From the IMG/VR virus record IMGVR_UViG_3300017938_000552: 64,000 bases of DNA, one strand, 5' to 3'. The translations under genes and the position numbers were made by a program. The stretch is from an uncultured virus (IMG/VR IMGVR_UViG_3300017938_000552) (lineage: Duplodnaviria > Heunggongvirae > Uroviricota > Caudoviricetes). The notes beneath the pieces are model-generated. The model worked only from the letters and a program-made list of their open reading frames with translations, ran no database searches and was not told the DNA's origin. Within the stretch, counting starts at the first letter, position 1. Each line of letters opens with the position of its first letter. Below are positions 49,281-58,800 of the stretch, in pieces.

Positions 49281-49846
49281 GTTACCTTCAATACATTTAT
49301 TTCCGATACTAATGCATGTGCTAAGACACTATGTATTCCCTCAACTATATAAGGATTTCTTGTATCTACACAGAGTGAAATATCACATAACTCTTTTAAA
49401 TTACCACCATTATTGCCTATAAAAGCATATCTATAACCGTGCATAGATTTAAAATACTTTGCTAAATTAAACAAATTAGAACTCCACAACTCATCATTCG
49501 GACTCTTGCCACTTGAACCATTCACACTAGCCATAATGAGAATGTCACCATTCTTGATCCTACCCTTGACAACGGAAGAGTAAACATCATCCCAACCATC
49601 ATCATTTATCTTGGCTGTGAGGGAGGGGACATTATCTGTTATGCAGATTGCTTGTATTCCAAGGTTTGTAAGGTCTGATGCTAAGTGACTCATCGTTGCT
49701 GACGAACCACCATTACCAACTAACCACACCGTAGCATTAAAACGGTGTGCCCTGATGAAAATTGCATTTGCAATATCTTTTATAAGAATTATATTCGTTT
49801 CTGGTAAATATTTTACAACTTCATCAATTACCTGTCTAGCTGTCAC
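49277..49846 (-). CDS. gmhA: SIS-domain phosphoheptose isomerase-like protein
   Basis: GNGGS, TAKINDDG, SVNGSS, EGIH. Confidence 0.8.
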   Translation of the reverse strand: MTARQVIDEVVKYLPETNIILIKDIANAIFIRAHRFNATVWLVGNGGSSATMSHLASDLTNLGIQAICITDNVPSLTAKINDDGWDDVYSSVVKGRIKNGDILIMASVNGSSGKSPNDELWSSNLFNLAKYFKSMHGYRYAFIGNNGGNLKELCDISLCVDTRNPYIVEGIHSVLAHALVSEINVLKVT

Positions 49847-50777
49847 CTGCTATCACCTCTGAGCCTGTATATGTCATTTTGAATGGAACATATGCCCTAC
49901 TCTCGAAACAACCAGACTGAAGAATTTTTGTTCTTGTTTTATTATCTGGAATAACTACCATGAGGAATCCACCACTACCTGCACCGACTAATTTTCCACC
50001 AATAGCACCGTTTTGTCTCAATTCATCATAGAGATTATCTATCTCTGGTGTAGACATCTCAGGTGAAATTGTCTTTTTAATTTTCCAGTGATCATCCATA
50101 AGTTCACCAAGTTTTTGATAATCCAGATTCATAATAGCCTTAGCGGATTCTCTACCAATCTCTTCAATATCTTTAAGTTGCCGTGTGGATTCCTTTACAG
50201 TATTGAGTATCCTTCCCGAATCACGTATATTTGAGGTATAAATTAACATTAAGTGGTTTGTAAGTTCTGGTTCTGTGAGAATTATATCATCAACTTTACC
50301 ATCCCTACCAATCATATAAACTCTAGTTCCACCAAAAGAAGCCGAATATTGATCCTGCTTTCCGATGGGTCTTGAAAGATTGTTCCGTTCAATGGAATAT
50401 GCCTGTTCAGCCAAGTCGGTTTTACTTATTGTAGGATTAAATGCCTTTATTGCACCAACTGTGAAAGCACCAGAAGAACCTAATCCTGAACTTCCGGGTA
50501 GATCAGCAAATGTGATAAATTCCTGATTCTGCCATATGTTAAACTTCTTGAATATCTCCCTGATTATTGGATGTTGAATATCTCGATTGCCTTTAGTAAT
50601 TTCTAGATTTGAATAAACTATTCTAAGTTCTTTCTCAAACCTAGTGTTTATAGCTATATATATGTATTTGTCGATTGTAGCTGAAATCCAGAAACCACCG
50701 TTTTCTTGATAGTATTCTGGTATGTCTGTTCCACCACCCCCAAGTGTTATACGTAAAGGTGTTCTTGTAATGATCAT
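49836..50777 (-). CDS. hddA: GHMP kinase, heptose-7-phosphate 1-kinase-like
   Basis: RTPLRITLGGGGTD, GLGSSG, GKQDQY, GGKLVGAGSGG. Confidence 0.9.
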   Translation of the reverse strand: MIITRTPLRITLGGGGTDIPEYYQENGGFWISATIDKYIYIAINTRFEKELRIVYSNLEITKGNRDIQHPIIREIFKKFNIWQNQEFITFADLPGSSGLGSSGAFTVGAIKAFNPTISKTDLAEQAYSIERNNLSRPIGKQDQYSASFGGTRVYMIGRDGKVDDIILTEPELTNHLMLIYTSNIRDSGRILNTVKESTRQLKDIEEIGRESAKAIMNLDYQKLGELMDDHWKIKKTISPEMSTPEIDNLYDELRQNGAIGGKLVGAGSGGFLMVVIPDNKTRTKILQSGCFESRAYVPFKMTYTGSEVIAGDS

Positions 50778-51406
50778 ACTAAACGACCACCACTGGTTTT
50801 TGGCACATGAAATATAAGTGAATAATGTGTTTGTAAATCATTCATCTTTTTCTTTTTACAATTTCCTACCTCAAAAATCATAACATCACCATTTTGCTTT
50901 TTTGCATAAACATCTACAGCATAACGATGTCCATTAATTGTTATAAATCTCTCTGTTTCTACAACCATACCAAGAGAACGTATTTCGTTTGCTATTTTAT
51001 TTTTTATAGTTTTATGTTCATCAGACTCTCTTGAAATATTAAGATATTTAGCATCATTTTCAAAATATATATGAAGTTTATTACTAATTGAATCTAATGT
51101 TTTTTGTGAATAGACATTTGTTTTTCCTTTATTCCAAGGAATGTGCCCTATATTAGCATCACTAATTCTTTTTACACTTTCATTATTATACTTAGTTTTA
51201 CCAATATTCCAAACGGTTCGTTCACCATTTTCATATAATTTTTTTAAACTTTTAGATGTCTTTTCTTTTTGTTCTTCTGAAACACACATACCTTTCTTAG
51301 TTTTTGATATATTATCCCCCCATTCCCTGCTTCTGGGCTTTCCATTAAACGGATGTATGTGTACCTTGCCACACTTACGGCAGAGTCCATAGTTATGTCC
51401 TTTCAC
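50774..51406 (-). CDS. NUMOD3-repeat PD-(D/E)XK-like homing endonuclease
   Basis: PWNKG/SEEQKEK repeats; ESDEH...ERFI...VDVYAKK...FEVGNC. Confidence 0.65.
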   Translation of the reverse strand: MKGHNYGLCRKCGKVHIHPFNGKPRSREWGDNISKTKKGMCVSEEQKEKTSKSLKKLYENGERTVWNIGKTKYNNESVKRISDANIGHIPWNKGKTNVYSQKTLDSISNKLHIYFENDAKYLNISRESDEHKTIKNKIANEIRSLGMVVETERFITINGHRYAVDVYAKKQNGDVMIFEVGNCKKKKMNDLQTHYSLIFHVPKTSGGRLV

Positions 51407-51448
51407 TTTTTAAATCACCAGAAACAACACATTCTAACAATAGACATT

Positions 51449-52120
51449 CTATTTAGATTTCTCCATAGGTTTCGATTTATTAACACAATATAGTACTATC
51501 AAGATGTTTATAAACCTGTTGATCATAAAATAAGGTGAATTCCAATAACTAGCTATAATACTACTATTCTCTGTTGGAACTGGTGATCTAAAATATAAGA
51601 ATAATATTGAAATGATAACACCAGATAAAACAGCAATTATTGTTTTTCTATCACTTTTCCATCCACAGGTAATATATATGAAAAGAACAAACAAAAGACC
51701 AACAAGCTGTAAGAAAATATCTATCACAAATCCTTTTTGAAGTACGTTATATATAATTGTTGGTGCTTCCCAGAAAAATCTTCCTACACCAACAGACACA
51801 ACCGAAATAGCAAATGCTTGTGGGAAGTCCCATTTTCTATCAACCATAAGGTACATTATAAATGAAAGACCAATAAAACCATAAAAAGATATTAAATATG
51901 TTATAGAAGTAGCATTTAATATATATGTTAAATATGATCCATTAGACTGTATAAATGTATAAAATACTTGCATAAATAGTGTAAATAAAAGACCAATATA
52001 CAAAAATATATATATTTTGTTTAACTTTGATGTTTTATAGTAGTAGAACATTATTGCAAAAGCAGGAAGTATCCACATCACAAAATATGCTAATAGTGAC
52101 ATTAAAGTTGCTTCATCCAT
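51449..52120 (-). CDS. multi-pass membrane protein (family member 1)
   Basis: TM FFWE and C-terminal YFMINR. Confidence 0.6.
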   Translation of the reverse strand: MDEATLMSLLAYFVMWILPAFAIMFYYYKTSKLNKIYIFLYIGLLFTLFMQVFYTFIQSNGSYLTYILNATSITYLISFYGFIGLSFIMYLMVDRKWDFPQAFAISVVSVGVGRFFWEAPTIIYNVLQKGFVIDIFLQLVGLLFVLFIYITCGWKSDRKTIIAVLSGVIISILFLYFRSPVPTENSSIIASYWNSPYFMINRFINILIVLYCVNKSKPMEKSK

Positions 52121-52122
52121 TT

Positions 52123-52791
52123 TTAAAACCTTGGTGATTCAATTTTATAATTTTCTTCTTTACCATGCTCAACTAGGTAGTAAAATAGGAAGAACGTTGT
52201 TGTACGCATAAACAGCCAAAAGACATTGGCGTTTGGATCATAATTATAGGAACTACCGACGGCAAAGTGTGTCCAGAAACCATTAATCCACAAAGCAAGA
52301 TAACCAATTCCCTGTAAAAGTAGAAGCCCTACTGTCTTTAGTTTATCAGAAATACTCAACTTTTTCTTCAATATTGGATAGTGTTTATTCAAAATTAGAA
52401 GAATCCAGTAAAACCACACAATTACGGTCACATCCGTGATGAACATGATATTCCAAACACCATTTATTGCAAAGTTATTGAAGTCCCATAGAAATCCACC
52501 AAAGTAACTATGTATGGCAACTATGAGAAAAGAAGCAACTATTCTAGTTATAATAGGAATATGTTTTAATACTCTTTGATACATCATAAAAGCAATTGAA
52601 AACAATATCATAGAATAACTATGAACATAATTAATTGTGAATGGAATCTGTGATACTGCATATATACTTTTGGTCTGTAAAATAGGAATGGTACAATATA
52701 TAATGATCAAAATTGGAATAACCCAAGTCACTATAACATTTATATTTTTACTTAGTTTTGGGTTGTTCATGTTTCTTCGTTCGTTCCTCAT
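52123..52791 (-). CDS. multi-pass membrane protein (family member 2)
   Basis: HSYS, FLWD, DPNANVFWLFMR. Confidence 0.6.
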   Translation of the reverse strand: MRNERRNMNNPKLSKNINVIVTWVIPILIIIYCTIPILQTKSIYAVSQIPFTINYVHSYSMILFSIAFMMYQRVLKHIPIITRIVASFLIVAIHSYFGGFLWDFNNFAINGVWNIMFITDVTVIVWFYWILLILNKHYPILKKKLSISDKLKTVGLLLLQGIGYLALWINGFWTHFAVGSSYNYDPNANVFWLFMRTTTFFLFYYLVEHGKEENYKIESPRF

Positions 52792-53299
52792 GTTGCTTTT
52801 TGTTAAGTATCATTGGGTATAGGAACCATACGCCAAGTCCCTTGTTAATCATCCACAGCCAATCATGTGGATTTGGTGTTGTCATACCAGAAGCCAACCA
52901 AGCACGTACTAGTGGATAGTAACCTGTAAATGTGAAGATATAAAATGTTGAAAGTTCAATCAAATATAAAGCAATGCTCAGTTTGGTTAGATGTATGAAT
53001 TTAAACAAATAATTACAGACAATAAGTGCTACAAACAATCCGATAACCACAACAATATACTGCATAAAATAGGAATTTATATTTGTCTCATATGTCATAT
53101 ACTGCCAAATGGATTCATAAAGATCATTTCCAAAAGCACCCAATAAATAAGCTAACATAAGGGCATAGACAATGTTTGTATATCTAGATATTTTATAGAA
53201 AGCCACAAAACAGAAAACTGCATATGTTACAAATGACCAAACGTGAAGCTGATAACCACCAATATGAACTTCTAATAATAAAAGATTATAAATCCACAA
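52748..53299 (-). CDS. multi-pass membrane protein (family member 3; possible ATA start at 53314)
   Basis: HVWS, NDLYE, PNPHDWLWMINKGLG. Confidence 0.7.
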   Translation of the reverse strand: MWIYNLLLLEVHIGGYQLHVWSFVTYAVFCFVAFYKISRYTNIVYALMLAYLLGAFGNDLYESIWQYMTYETNINSYFMQYIVVVIGLFVALIVCNYLFKFIHLTKLSIALYLIELSTFYIFTFTGYYPLVRAWLASGMTTPNPHDWLWMINKGLGVWFLYPMILNKKQHEERTKKHEQPKTK

Positions 53300-53310
53300 C
53301 CAGAAGTCGA

Positions 53311-53871
53311 TTATTGACGTTTTCTCTTTCCCCCCTTCAATCTTAAATTTCGCTGTTCCTTACTCAATATAAGCGGATATAAAGCAAAAGCACCCAAACC
53401 CTTATTGATCATCCATAACCAATTATGTGGGTCTGGTGTTTGTCCACCAGACAAGAACCAAGGTCTAAGTACCTCATAATGCCCTGTGAAATATAATACA
53501 AAAAATGAAAGAATTTCAAGAGAAATTAAAATAACAAAAGTTTTATTTATTCTTAAAAATACTGTTTTTCTATTAACGACAAACAAAAGGACAACAAGAG
53601 AACTTAGAATTATCATATCTTGTGGTATTAACACTGTTCTGGATGGAATCTGTGCAAAGGCTGTCCAGATAGTTTCATAAAAATCATTTGCTATTATACC
53701 AACTAAAAGAGTTAATAATGCACTAATAACAATATTATAATACTTGGAGATTTTATAAAATGCAACTAAACAAAAGGCAATATATACAACCAAAGACCAC
53801 ACGTGGATATTACCAAGAGAAGGTATTGTGGAAAGTAAAAAAAGATAAAATTCTTCAAACATTAGAGCCAT
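53311..53871 (-). CDS. multi-pass membrane protein (family member 4)
   Basis: HVWS, NDFYE, PDPHNWLWMINKGLG. Confidence 0.7.
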   Translation of the reverse strand: MALMFEEFYLFLLSTIPSLGNIHVWSLVVYIAFCLVAFYKISKYYNIVISALLTLLVGIIANDFYETIWTAFAQIPSRTVLIPQDMIILSSLVVLLFVVNRKTVFLRINKTFVILISLEILSFFVLYFTGHYEVLRPWFLSGGQTPDPHNWLWMINKGLGAFALYPLILSKEQRNLRLKGGKRKRQ

Positions 53872-54278
53872 TGCCCTTTATTCTTTCTCTTGGGTGCTAA
53901 TCCTGTTAAGTATCCTAATGCACCAACTGTTAATGAATAGTTCCAGAAAGCGGCAACCAGAATTGCACAAATATCCGCTATAATTAATGGTAAAATACTA
54001 ACAAGAGATGAAAGAACTAAATAATTTACGGCAGTTCCACCTATACCACAAATAATAGCATAATTACCAAAACTCCAAATTTTCTTATAAAAACTTGCAA
54101 TTGGACCTGAATCATCAGAAATCTTATCCAAACCGAGAAGAATTAATCTAGACATTGGGTTGTCAATTGTTTGTGTAGATTCATTTACCTCAATAACCTT
54201 CTTATTCTCAGCTACTTTGAGTTGTGACTTTAAGTTTTCAACTTGTTGCTTGAGTAATTCTAATTCTGTTGTTGACAT
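53862..54278 (-). CDS. GtrA-like membrane protein with N-terminal coiled coil
   Basis: YAIICGIGGTAVNY...AAFWNY. Confidence 0.6.
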   Translation of the reverse strand: MSTTELELLKQQVENLKSQLKVAENKKVIEVNESTQTIDNPMSRLILLGLDKISDDSGPIASFYKKIWSFGNYAIICGIGGTAVNYLVLSSLVSILPLIIADICAILVAAFWNYSLTVGALGYLTGLAPKRKNKGQWL

Positions 54279-54293
54279 TAAAAAACCTTCAGT

Positions 54294-54410
54294 TTATGCC
54301 TTAGATAATTGTTTCCTTAACTTTGCCAAACGTACTCTAGCAACAACCTCCCAGATGAATATACCACCTAGCATTGATGCCGCTACAGTAAATATGAAAT
54401 CTGTTTCTAT
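54294..54410 (-). CDS. 38-aa single-TM peptide with ATA start
   Basis: GAGGTGA RBS 7 nt above ATA, which overlaps the upstream TAG. Confidence 0.45.
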   Translation of the reverse strand: METDFIFTVAASMLGGIFIWEVVARVRLAKLRKQLSKA

Positions 54411-54544
54411 TGTCTTTTCACCTCTTTTTTCTTTTCTTCCTCAGATACTGCTTTCTCTAAAGCGGTTTTAATAAAAGAATGGATGTTGATTCCAAGTTTG
54501 GATATTCTTATAACTAGCTCGTCTGGTATATAATATGTTCCCAT
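54407..54544 (-). CDS. 45-aa ribbon-helix-helix-like protein
   Basis: MGTYYIPDELV...GINIHSFIKTALEKAV; promoter 54578-54594. Confidence 0.55.
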   Translation of the reverse strand: MGTYYIPDELVIRISKLGINIHSFIKTALEKAVSEEEKKKEVKRQ

Positions 54545-54577
54545 CTTACAATCGTGTTATAATAATAATAACATAGA

Positions 54578-54594
54578 TATATAAATGTTATGTT
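54578..54594 (-). promoter_or_regulatory. class B promoter heading the membrane/sugar operon
   Basis: AACATAACATTTATATA. Confidence 0.7.
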
Positions 54595-54607
54595 TTCCCT
54601 GACTTTT

Positions 54608-54925
54608 TTAGAATACAGATATTATAGACTCAAACATGCTTTTCTTTTTCTTTTGTGGTGTTGGTTTCTTCTTTGATGTGAGTGGCTTTACAATAGCACT
54701 TCCTATTCTAACAGCCCTGTTACCCTTGATGTTGGTTTCTATCCACATATCTGCTTTTACTTTGCTTGTTTCTACATACGGTTTGAATTTTCTTTCTGTA
54801 TGTATTGCTGTCTTAACCAGTGGCTTGACAAGACCCCTCATCCGTTTTGGTGATCTAACATAAACTTGAGCAAGAGTCTGTGTAGCTTGTTCACCCAATT
54901 CATCTATTCTATTTCTTTTAGACAT
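54608..54925 (-). CDS. basic hypothetical protein
   Basis: Lys/Arg-rich; ATG about 22 nt below a TATA box. Confidence 0.6.
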   Translation of the reverse strand: MSKRNRIDELGEQATQTLAQVYVRSPKRMRGLVKPLVKTAIHTERKFKPYVETSKVKADMWIETNIKGNRAVRIGSAIVKPLTSKKKPTPQKKKKSMFESIISVF

Positions 54926-54947
54926 GGTTGATCATACTATATATGTG

Positions 54948-54964
54948 TTTATAAAGGTTATGTT
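54948..54964 (-). promoter_or_regulatory. class B promoter
   Basis: AACATAACCTTTATAAA. Confidence 0.65.
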
Positions 54965-55037
54965 AATGTATATTTGTTAACGGTTGATCATTACTGTTAA
55001 ACCATAATCCTTATATAATAGTCTCGTACACTATGGA

Positions 55038-55754
55038 TTGATTGAAATGCCAAAGAAAGGAGAACACCCATCAGATGTAACAAGAAAACTACAGAGTGAG
55101 GCTAAGAAAGGTAAGCATCTCTCAGACACAACAAAAAAGCTATTAAGTGAGATTAATAAAGGTGAGAATAACCCCATGTTTGGTGTGACAGGTGAAAAAT
55201 GCCCTGCGTTTGGTATACATTTAACTGGTGAGAAAACCTCTATGTTTGGCAAACATCACACAAAGGAAACAAAAAAACTAATTGGTGATGCTAATAGAGG
55301 TGAAAAAAGTCCTATGTTTGGTAAAACTGGTGGGTTATGCCCTAATTATGGCAGACATCACACGCAAGAGGAAAGAGTAAAAATAAGTGTAGCACACCAA
55401 CTACGTGTTCATCACACCAAAGGTGGAGGTACATCCCACCTAGTTACTATAGCACTCATTAGTAGTCGATTAGAGAGTCTGGGATGGAAAGTTGAAAGTT
55501 GGTGTACAACAGGAGAGAGATTTATCACGATAGATAAACACAAATACTCACCTGATATTTATGCTACAAAGGATAATAATAATCCAATTTTGGTTGAGGT
55601 TGGAAGTTGCACAACACAAAAACTATGCCACTTAATGTCCCATTATCCTGTGGTATTACATGTGTCAAAGCTGAAAATGGAGTTAGAATTTCAATTCTCT
55701 AAGAATGAAATGTCCACACTATATAAATGGAATTTATTTAACAGGCTACTTTAA
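55038..55754 (+). CDS. NUMOD3-repeat PD-(D/E)XK-like homing endonuclease
   Basis: GENNPMFG/GKHHT repeats; TSHL...GERFI...PDIYA...VEVGSC. Confidence 0.75.
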   Translation: MIEMPKKGEHPSDVTRKLQSEAKKGKHLSDTTKKLLSEINKGENNPMFGVTGEKCPAFGIHLTGEKTSMFGKHHTKETKKLIGDANRGEKSPMFGKTGGLCPNYGRHHTQEERVKISVAHQLRVHHTKGGGTSHLVTIALISSRLESLGWKVESWCTTGERFITIDKHKYSPDIYATKDNNNPILVEVGSCTTQKLCHLMSHYPVVLHVSKLKMELEFQFSKNEMSTLYKWNLFNRLL

Positions 55755-55845
55755 CTACTTAATCTCAAATGTTTGCTAAACATACCATCTATTAGGCTTG
55801 TCCTATTATTTTCGTCTTTTATTTCTCTAGGTATGTTTAATCACA

Positions 55846-58800
55846 CTATATACTTGAAAAGAGGCGTGTGAAGAAACCCGATAAGTAACCAAATATCCAT
55901 CTGATCCAGTCGGACACAACGGAGTATATAAACATAGCGAAACCTGTCAACACGTTTATGAGTCCGTACAATGTTTGGAAGTCATTAAGTGCAAGTGAAA
56001 GTAAACCTATACCCATTGTCTCCTGCCGAGAATCTAGGCTTTGTATCCAAACAATGAAGATAACAAATGGCATAAAGATTATCAAATTAGTACCACCAAA
56101 GAGGTTCCAAATGTTTCCTAAACCAAAACTGATACTACCTACAACATTACCGCCATAGGTTATAGCTGTACTAGTACCATTCAAAAGATTTATCATTATA
56201 GTAACAAGTGCAATTATAAAACTTCCCATTATTGAAATCCAAGTAAATAGGAACACTGCGAAGTTAAAGAACATCGTTCCCAACGTTGTAACAAATGACA
56301 CCATCATAGTTATTGACGCCACGAACCATATACCAATAGATGTTATCATAGCCCAAATAGCCACTACACCGCCACCAATACCAAAAAGGTTGAATACTGG
56401 CTGAAGTAATATGGTAAGTGGGCTTAGGCTTGGAACAAAGTTTGCAGTAACATAGACTGTTAATGTGGCGTTGTTTGCCGAAGGACCAGCAACAAATGGT
56501 AATAACATAAACAGTTTAAGATGATATGTCTGATTGCCAGTGGCTAAGTAAGGAGTGAAAACAACCTGATATGTACCATTTACGATAGCAGGGTCTTGGG
56601 CAACTAAAGTCTTATTCCAAACCTCCACTCTAGTAAATTGTGCATCTGGTGGTGAAACCATAACTGTATACAGATTAATGTTTGCAGGAGAAATTTCATA
56701 AAAAACACCACCTGTTATGGCTATCTGAACACCTAGAAAGACCTGTGGTGTTGTTGTCGTTATGGTTGCAACTAAATCGGATATAACATCACAATAGGCT
56801 GTTTGCATTTTAATTATGCCTGAAGAACCAGCACCATTCACAGCCTCAAGATATAAGTCTAAATCAGCCGTAGTTGGGAAATTCCATTTTGTTTCAATCT
56901 TGAATGTTGCCGTTCCAAGTGTGCCTGATTTAGCCCAGACACAGTGTGCAGTGTCAAGATTTATTATTGTTGAGTTGGAAATTATTGACCAAACAGGAAC
57001 AGTATTTAGGCTTGCACCATGAACCTTGAAATAAATCTGTGCCCCTTTCATAGCTGTAATATATATATCCGTGACATCATTGGGTGAATTTACTGTGGTT
57101 GTAGATGCTACAAAAGTGTAATACTTATCCATGCTATAAATATTCCTGAACGTTGAAATTCCAGCACTCAAGTCTGGTACTACCAGATAATTTAGTGTTG
57201 GTTCATCACCTGTCAAAAGACCATTTACTACAATTGTGTATGGTGGTCCAGCACCTGTCATCCAACCTACACCTGTTGGTGAGAAAGATTGATAAACAGA
57301 TATTATCGGTGTTCCTGTTGTTATACCAGAACTAGTAATACCTACTGTAACACCACTCCATGAAGATGTTGAATTTCTATATATATTGTAATATATTTTG
57401 TCCGTTACTGGATCATTCATCCAAATAACAGAGATATCCTCATAGCTATTTCTTGAGATTGTTGGTGATGGTGCTGTACCCAAGGAAGTATATAGAATTG
57501 TTTCTGCTGTGATAGCCCCCATTTCACCACTATAAAAATCTGAATCTATTTTGTTTGTCGATGTTGTATAAGCAATAAAAACATCATTATCTTTATTGAC
57601 ACAACTGAATGATGAGAATGATTTCAGAGAATATGAGGTTTGAGAAACAGTATTAAATACAGATGTTCTTAAACACAACATATAATTGCTAATTGAAGTT
57701 GCACTACTATCACTATCAAAACAAACATCAAATATACCTGTTGTAAAGATAAGTTTGGCACTCTTACCACCCACTGATGGAAGTAGATATGATATTGTAC
57801 TCATAGTATTTATGTCTATTTTTGTCAATACTGGTGTTGTATAATTATATACAGTATATAGATATGTACCATCATTTACTATGGATGTTGGATTTGCATG
57901 ATAACTAGGAAGAACAGACCAATTAGCTACGGTTAACATAAATGGTGTTATATTTATCTTTACGATCTTTGAATCTACACCAATGTATATGAAACTACCA
58001 TATGCCGAACTACTATAAACATTCGCACCATAACCTGCACCACTCCATGTGCCTGTGGTGGATAATGTTGTAGTATTCATCTGTATAGCCGCACAATTTG
58101 ATGCTTGTGACATACTTATATAGACATTACCATCTGCGGCATCATACATAATCGTGTTTGTACCTACATAAATATAGCTTGTCACATCCTTGGAATCATA
58201 TGTCATAGTAGATTCGAGAATTTTCACTACAACAAGATGATTAGTTGCCATATTTCTTGCTAATGCATACAAATATGTGCCATCTGAACACAAGCCAAGA
58301 GCATAATCAAGATTATAACTTGGGTCTGCTTTGTATGATTGTGCTGTTTTCATTGTTACCGCATTTACTTTAGTTATTACTAAGTTTCCGTATCCTTCAC
58401 AGCCAATATATAAGAAACCAGCATCATATACCAGTGTATTATTTGCGGGAAGTGTTGAATTATATTGCCAAACATCAACGGGGAAAAGACCATCTACGGT
58501 TAGTTTTTTAATGACTAATGGACTTTGATATAGTGATTCATAAAGGTACGTTCCATCACTAACTGCATTATTAAGTGAATTTTCCGTGTTGGTAGAATTA
58601 AATAAGACATTCTGAATTTCATAACCAGAATCAAGAAAACCATAAGAACTTGTACTTACCACAAAACTTGTGACAGACTTCCCACCAACAAAGGATACTG
58701 GTGATGTTAATTGCTTATCTTTAGCAACATTTATAATAGTTTTGGTTGATGTGTGATCACCATATACAACCGTACAGTTGAGTTGTAATGTATGAGATGG

